Shown here piece by piece: positions 60,701-64,000 of a stretch of 64,000 bases of DNA. Within the stretch, counting starts at the first letter, position 1. Each line of letters opens with the position of its first letter. Under the pieces are notes generated by a model. It made no database searches and was not told the DNA's origin. It was given only the letters and a program-made list of their open reading frames with translations. A program made the translations under genes and the position numbers. The stretch is from Tetramitus jugosus (lineage: Eukaryota; Protista; Heterolobosea): assembly GCA_937625935.1 (NCBI GenBank), contig OW569344.1:434001-498000 (forward strand). The letters are read 5' to 3'.

Positions 60701-63700
60701 ATGTTCCTGTTGAAGAGAAGGAAGTAGAAACCATTCAAGAATTCATTGTTGATCCAGATCAACAAGTATCCATTTTAATTGTGGATGATTTGAAAGGTTA
60801 TGATATTCCACTGCTCAACTTTGTCTTGAGTGAACTTACTCTAAAGAGAGCATCAATCGAAGGTGCTAAAATGGCTTTCCGAGTGTCGTTCTGTCTCCAT
60901 GCTTCTTATTACAATATGGGTCTTGCAGATTGGGAACCAATTATCGAACCGTGGAGAGCACTTGTTGACTTCCAGCGCAAGGCTTCTTGTAATCCTAGCA
61001 CTCCACAGAAGACTATCGATCAAATATACATCAAGGATATTGCAAAGGCGGACTCAGGTGAAAAGGAAGAGCCAACTGGTGTTCCATTGAACTTTAACTT
61101 CACGCAGTCAATGATTCGCTCTGTGATAACCACTTCACAATTGTGGAAGGATGAATTCTCAGGTAAAAATGTGAGCAAGAAAGTTGAGCCTTTCCTCATC
61201 CGAAATCACTCTGGATTCAATATTCAGATGATTAGAGGTGGATATGAGCCAATCTCACTCCAACCTAGAAAAGAACAGGGATTCAATTTTGAAAAGCAAA
61301 ACCTCGATTTTGGTCGTGAAGAAATATCGATTGTATTCCCAGACATTCAACTTTATAAGAAGGTTGTTATCGACGTCAGAAAGAGTGGTCTTTCTCGAAT
61401 TATTGGTAAGGATGGTCTCTTGTTTGGTATGGTAGAAGTTGAGTTGATGGAGGGAAGAAAAATCATTACGGTCAGATCTGGCATCAAGATCAAAAATTAC
61501 AGCACCAAAACCTGGTTAGTTGGCTCCGGTGATTTAGATACACAGAGCCTGTTAGTTTTTGGAGAAGTAAAGCCAGGTCAGGATGTTGGTGTGCCAATGA
61601 ATGTTGTACATTCTGGAACATTGTGCATTCGTCCAAAGGATGGCAAGAAAGAGAGCCCTTACTGGTGGAGTGATGCCATGCCTGGATTCAAATTCACAGA
61701 GTTGATGTTGATGGAAAATAGATCTCGACCAGTCGAGTGTCGACAGAAGTCTCCAAAGAGTGATAATGTGGATGCTTTTTGTGCTGTTATTAGACCTGTT
61801 TTCACTAACCCAATGACGAATGAGCTTGAGAGGGCCACAAAGGATAATAAGAATAATTCACATCACCTTCAACGCAGAAATTGTATCATTGAAATCAGAG
61901 CACCTCTGTGCATTGAAAATCTTCTTGGTTGTGACATGATGATTTCAGTAAGAGAAAAGGAAAAGTTGAACTCCAACGAATCTAAGTCATTGCACAAGAG
62001 TGAGCACAAACTCGTCAAGATGGGCAAGAAGATTCACCTGTATAGAGCTTCCATGAGATCTCACATATTCCTGAAAGCATTCCCTGCGAACCAAGGTGTG
62101 TGGACATCTTCTACGAGTCCCTTGATTTATCTAAATCCTGCAGCCATGAGTACGAGCAAGGAAAGAATTCCTGTCGCTTCTCAATGGCAGATTCTGGATG
62201 AAAAGCGTAGACCGCTAAAGATTCATTTCGACTATAGTCGTTCCCAGGGTACTGCTTTCCGTGAAGTCATGTTGTATGTTCCTTACTGGATAATGAACCA
62301 TACCGAGCAACCACTGTTAATCAGAGAACTCCATGATATTTCAGCCGGCCAAGAGCAGACAAGAGCAGACAAATCTAAAGCTACACAATCCACTTCAATC
62401 ACCCCAACCAAGGTGGATGAAGACGAAAAGCTTTCAATGGAACAGTACCAAAAGGATTTGTTAATGTTTTCATTCCTGTGTGATAGTCCTGAAGAGCAGG
62501 CAAAACAGAGAATCGCTATTAAGGTTAATGATACTCAATACTCTGAATTTTTCAGAATTGAGAAGGTCGGTGTCAGTGGCAACTTGTCGCTGCACTCCAA
62601 ATCGCAGCGATACTCCATTGGTTTCCATACTTCATTGTGTCCTGGTAAGTTTAACAGGACCAAACTTGTCACTTTCTACTCAAGATATATGATTGTCAAT
62701 AAGACCGAAAAAGATCTCGTATTTAGACAATCGAACACCAAATCGGCGTACTGTGTCAAAAAGAATGAGAGAGTGCCATTTTATTGGAGAGAGCTAGACA
62801 TTCTTGAACCTCGATTGCAATTCAATATTGCTGAGTCTAACCTTGATTGGTCAGCAGCGTTCCCTCTCAATACATTGGACGAAATGTCAATTAAGTTGAA
62901 TGGCAGCTCTGCGAATACTACTGGTATTGCTCCACCATCTGGACATATCCTCTCTGTTAATATTACAGAAAAGCAAGGTTGTATTCTTGTTACTGTCAAA
63001 GAACCCTTGGAGCCACCATACCTCATCGACAATGAACTCGAGTGCGATGTCGTAATTAACCAACAAAACTCGACACAATATTGGAGTATTCCAAGCTCGT
63101 CGAAAGTTGCTTACGCCTGGGATAGTTTATCAGGAATGCAGAAATTAAGTTTCCAATTCTTGAACTGCCCTCCAAAAGACTTGGACATTAATGAAGTGAC
63201 TCAGAAACCAATATTCTGGCAGATGCAAAATGCAAAGGATCGATCTCAATCAAGACGAGTCAAGATAACAGTGTCTGCCCAAGGTCCGACAAGAGTTGTT
63301 CGTATCAGTGATGCAAGAAGTGCTGAAACAGAAGAGAAGGACAAGAAGAGGGATGAAGAAGAATTGACCTTCTTCCTTGACACTAAGCTCTCTGGTGTAG
63401 GTCTTTCACTGATCGATAACTACCCAAGGGAGATATGTTATGTCTCCATCAGCGATATTAGATTTAGGCAGAGTTCAAGTGAGAGTAATATGTACCTGGA
63501 GTTTAGATGCCTAGGTGTTCAGATTGATAATATGTTACGAGAGGCTGCATTCCCTGTTGCCTTTGCTCCTGTCAACAAACATACATACGGTGAGGATACC
63601 CACGACAATACGTTATCAAAACCTTTCCTGCATTTCAGTATGTGTAAGTCACTGAAAGAGAGTGATGATAGCATCAATTTGTTCAGATATCTATCATTCA

Positions 63701-64000
63701 ATCTGCAAGAAGCAACCATTGAAATCGACTACACATTTGTCGAGAATGTGATCAATCTCGTTGATGAGTTAAGCGCAGAAGATACCAGCAGAGTTGACTC
63801 TGTTGTGGAGAGTGTGGTGGACAAAGATATTGTATCGGTAACCGATATGCTCAAGGTAGTTGTCGATAATAGTGCTGAGAGTCATCAAAAGTACTACTTC
63901 GAGGACTTTGAACTTCATCCTGTCAGAGTCAATCTAACATTCAAGTTTACACAACTCGGACAAGATGAAATGGACGAAGATTCTCAGTCTTTGAAGGGCA
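54799..64000 (+). CDS. VPS13: VPS13 bridge-like lipid transfer protein, 3'-truncated by window edge
   Basis: Chorein N-terminus MFEGIVSSVLVKVLGDYIENLD..L.IGI..G.V.L.NL, IINNLQV.I.NVH.RYED, WEPIIEPW, VAB/SHR repeats from about 61190, GVGLSLID near 63395; frame open to window end, hence missing from ORF track. Confidence 0.96.
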   Translation, partial: MFEGIVSSVLVKVLGDYIENLDSNSLNIGILSGRVELRNLFLKPTALDSFDLPVSVVKGTVGLINAEIPWKSLGSSPVIARVSDVFLVVQPRKCNSWDPAIEAQRRAASQRGKISSYEAQVKEEEEKKKQLELATGGGGSSNDKKSDDGFVSRLTETVINNLQVHINNVHVRYEDPSDPDPANAVVFGVTLKSLSAVSCDENWVHQFIKKAGSEMRKKVELREFSVYMANYTNGKSPLAMLSTIPSSKAFQEIMLQMITQLKGSEMSKDMLVDHIDGTLKLVIQKDAEGLDLKKPKIYADLEVGEVNISLHQTQYRSLLRTLDYVSNYQKLERYRKWRPKIRPAQEPRPNEPEIDHYKVRQEWWSFALKAGKDQIDKQYFSWEQVQERKKQREDYIALHKKKKLDKASQQKKQNLEVDMDTKLLIFSRELAEAELKLMAENKKKIESKTEQKPKSSGGWFSSWMGGAKKDEEEEDDSAYTLTDEQRKFLHTTIGYDAQAKADRAKLPDEYENLKLKFRLRGGVIKLNDSEQTIVSADYHNLAADFTMREAAGNVIVSVGLESFNITDRYCQGTKYPSILSKRTSSRAVSSPDSDKLIDIRVETAPLHGQSDLEVGVVLGKTDVVINTTLVQKILSFFIIPATVNLQFVQQAAKKGLDSIQQQALTQLRVALEDKKVLDVSVQIRAPRFIIPKDCNDVTSEIIVIDLGKFHIKSDIDKEARKKRIKEQAVEEKDFYDRFDFELKDIQVLIVPNQDSMNSKEQMAKDPLLHNVTIGMQLAQCITSHPSYPSTKVTGKIPKIKLVMSPKKFDTVMFAMYKILDLVDNPTGTSSAKLAMGGTLRVKQIVSENKLADIKELVISEQFKEYDAELRQDGRLFFYDPNPLLKTNRRKPAACIPLTSHIVKLLDGADFQKEGVSPQDLVLRLPQPDGDEVYVVLTADESQKLEWKSKISNTLLSYATYDLVKSSVSTDVVVVDHSNKPNSNKLKLNLVLEEFSLLVNFADPTTKDSVVERPLACLDLQRLTVDITGRTFDQQIRITLKTLGIQYLPQQMDEVSRYILHSAGKEESGDIAELKLTMCSDDRSEYYSLNADTSIALHFATFKLFFDPLAISKFVLFGYSLADVMHNNSSKNFRMLTLSSGLPDIEKQIHENHSKTPERATIRIDSKMQEMGLILRDSGTTFASASMRDTSVSFRSGESGMFVSGDIGNLVAEDKSGDIIPDYSEILGLGRVGSSVMKFSFDQNKNLSSNLEYGKKLTIVMESVKVVYLNRFISKLQLYFADGPLMDALKEGGRRIKDITTDVVKKQTATTTAADMLGLDLTFETPVVKVPVSCSSRDHIHAELGRIRVFNILSRPTSTSLVEDIRIELHNMNMKTKLFGAIRPVVDSVNIDMSVKRIVFGEGDDTPNVDFDMTVSEVAMKLSHAQYQMIFRIIDQNVNDSITNIKPNPAPKALEPANENNEAKLTDLNIIQKLKSLVNVKFSHLNLTLFRGAGGVLEEEDPIARLNMYGLLVDVRAFEGRSVTKVKLHEVDAFDMRKDSLSHFKKFIDSTNQNTEFIEVDIETRSTTDADRLQVDVKMGDPRVVFEPQIVAEIQNFFTSMRPTDSEKTAALSLGAKDAQNEEKGDLRFRTNTWLGNDITISSDRKLYIDSNQSGEVILDGEGNTIKFVTNPNDTSRLVFIEKGMKLKLRNVVLLLPDNEHIDDLVELLDSSSSFTAPATLGVFRGHYNPLVTEVDVASETVASAVEVKKKQVQEIRVKLGHPCVVFPVDATSADTNLFVVKAELDLRMVFTENNRAIEVGIKDLMAFSESAVNHKVGSPIIEPINMNIKIIEDLKDHKRFVNASIKGVLRIRLAYQDVKMITQVVNAFKQTSELSAELSKGQMIVDHEKTDDSATDDMSGSDNEDEDDDDQFEEVEETPSTPVPVSASSEPFEETKPMDITGQFSLNKFDKHDPSNTATSDLSSSDDNVPVEEKEVETIQEFIVDPDQQVSILIVDDLKGYDIPLLNFVLSELTLKRASIEGAKMAFRVSFCLHASYYNMGLADWEPIIEPWRALVDFQRKASCNPSTPQKTIDQIYIKDIAKADSGEKEEPTGVPLNFNFTQSMIRSVITTSQLWKDEFSGKNVSKKVEPFLIRNHSGFNIQMIRGGYEPISLQPRKEQGFNFEKQNLDFGREEISIVFPDIQLYKKVVIDVRKSGLSRIIGKDGLLFGMVEVELMEGRKIITVRSGIKIKNYSTKTWLVGSGDLDTQSLLVFGEVKPGQDVGVPMNVVHSGTLCIRPKDGKKESPYWWSDAMPGFKFTELMLMENRSRPVECRQKSPKSDNVDAFCAVIRPVFTNPMTNELERATKDNKNNSHHLQRRNCIIEIRAPLCIENLLGCDMMISVREKEKLNSNESKSLHKSEHKLVKMGKKIHLYRASMRSHIFLKAFPANQGVWTSSTSPLIYLNPAAMSTSKERIPVASQWQILDEKRRPLKIHFDYSRSQGTAFREVMLYVPYWIMNHTEQPLLIRELHDISAGQEQTRADKSKATQSTSITPTKVDEDEKLSMEQYQKDLLMFSFLCDSPEEQAKQRIAIKVNDTQYSEFFRIEKVGVSGNLSLHSKSQRYSIGFHTSLCPGKFNRTKLVTFYSRYMIVNKTEKDLVFRQSNTKSAYCVKKNERVPFYWRELDILEPRLQFNIAESNLDWSAAFPLNTLDEMSIKLNGSSANTTGIAPPSGHILSVNITEKQGCILVTVKEPLEPPYLIDNELECDVVINQQNSTQYWSIPSSSKVAYAWDSLSGMQKLSFQFLNCPPKDLDINEVTQKPIFWQMQNAKDRSQSRRVKITVSAQGPTRVVRISDARSAETEEKDKKRDEEELTFFLDTKLSGVGLSLIDNYPREICYVSISDIRFRQSSSESNMYLEFRCLGVQIDNMLREAAFPVAFAPVNKHTYGEDTHDNTLSKPFLHFSMCKSLKESDDSINLFRYLSFNLQEATIEIDYTFVENVINLVDELSAEDTSRVDSVVESVVDKDIVSVTDMLKVVVDNSAESHQKYYFEDFELHPVRVNLTFKFTQLGQDEMDEDSQSLKG

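Noticed and set aside
1-64000. CRISPR arrays, transposons, rRNA, viral insertions, alternative genetic code
   Set aside because: No spaced direct repeats and no transposase, RT, integrase or capsid motifs were seen; all three stop codons end conserved proteins at expected positions

Overview
This is a gene-dense eukaryotic nuclear region, not a prokaryotic one. It holds about 37 protein-coding genes, short GT-AG introns (mostly GTATGT/GTAAGT donors) and intergenic gaps of mostly tens to a few hundred bases. The compact layout, CAA-rich 5' regions, F-box fusions and an IFT gene suggest a free-living flagellate or amoeboflagellate protist, possibly a heterolobosean (inference). Recognisable genes: MCM2, PI-PLC-like phosphodiesterase, HMG-box protein, SAGA Ada1, a six-exon LSM5 missed by the ORF track, two glutaredoxins, RPL23A, PARP, VPS55, EDEM-type mannosidase, class IV aminotransferase, PPP1R42-like LRR, MORN protein, JmjC protein, EF-hand protein, Elongin B, CHMP1, DCAF1, PPR protein, VPS25, Trf4/TENT4, NDK, IFT57 and a >9 kb VPS13 that runs off the right end. 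The most interesting points are a probable meiotic TOPOVIBL/MTOPVIB (SPO11 partner), an F-box-Rac pseudo-GTPase with a CaaX box, an F-box-multipass membrane protein, and an ER-type glutaredoxin next to EDEM. Also notable: a TOG-PPP1R42 fusion, a plant-VPS13M-like VPS13, E2F-like sites upstream of MCM2, a TPR-SET pseudogene, a kinesin-motor relic and hidden spliced genes. I found no tRNA, rRNA, CRISPR array or transposon. All calls come from manual motif recognition; no searches were run.
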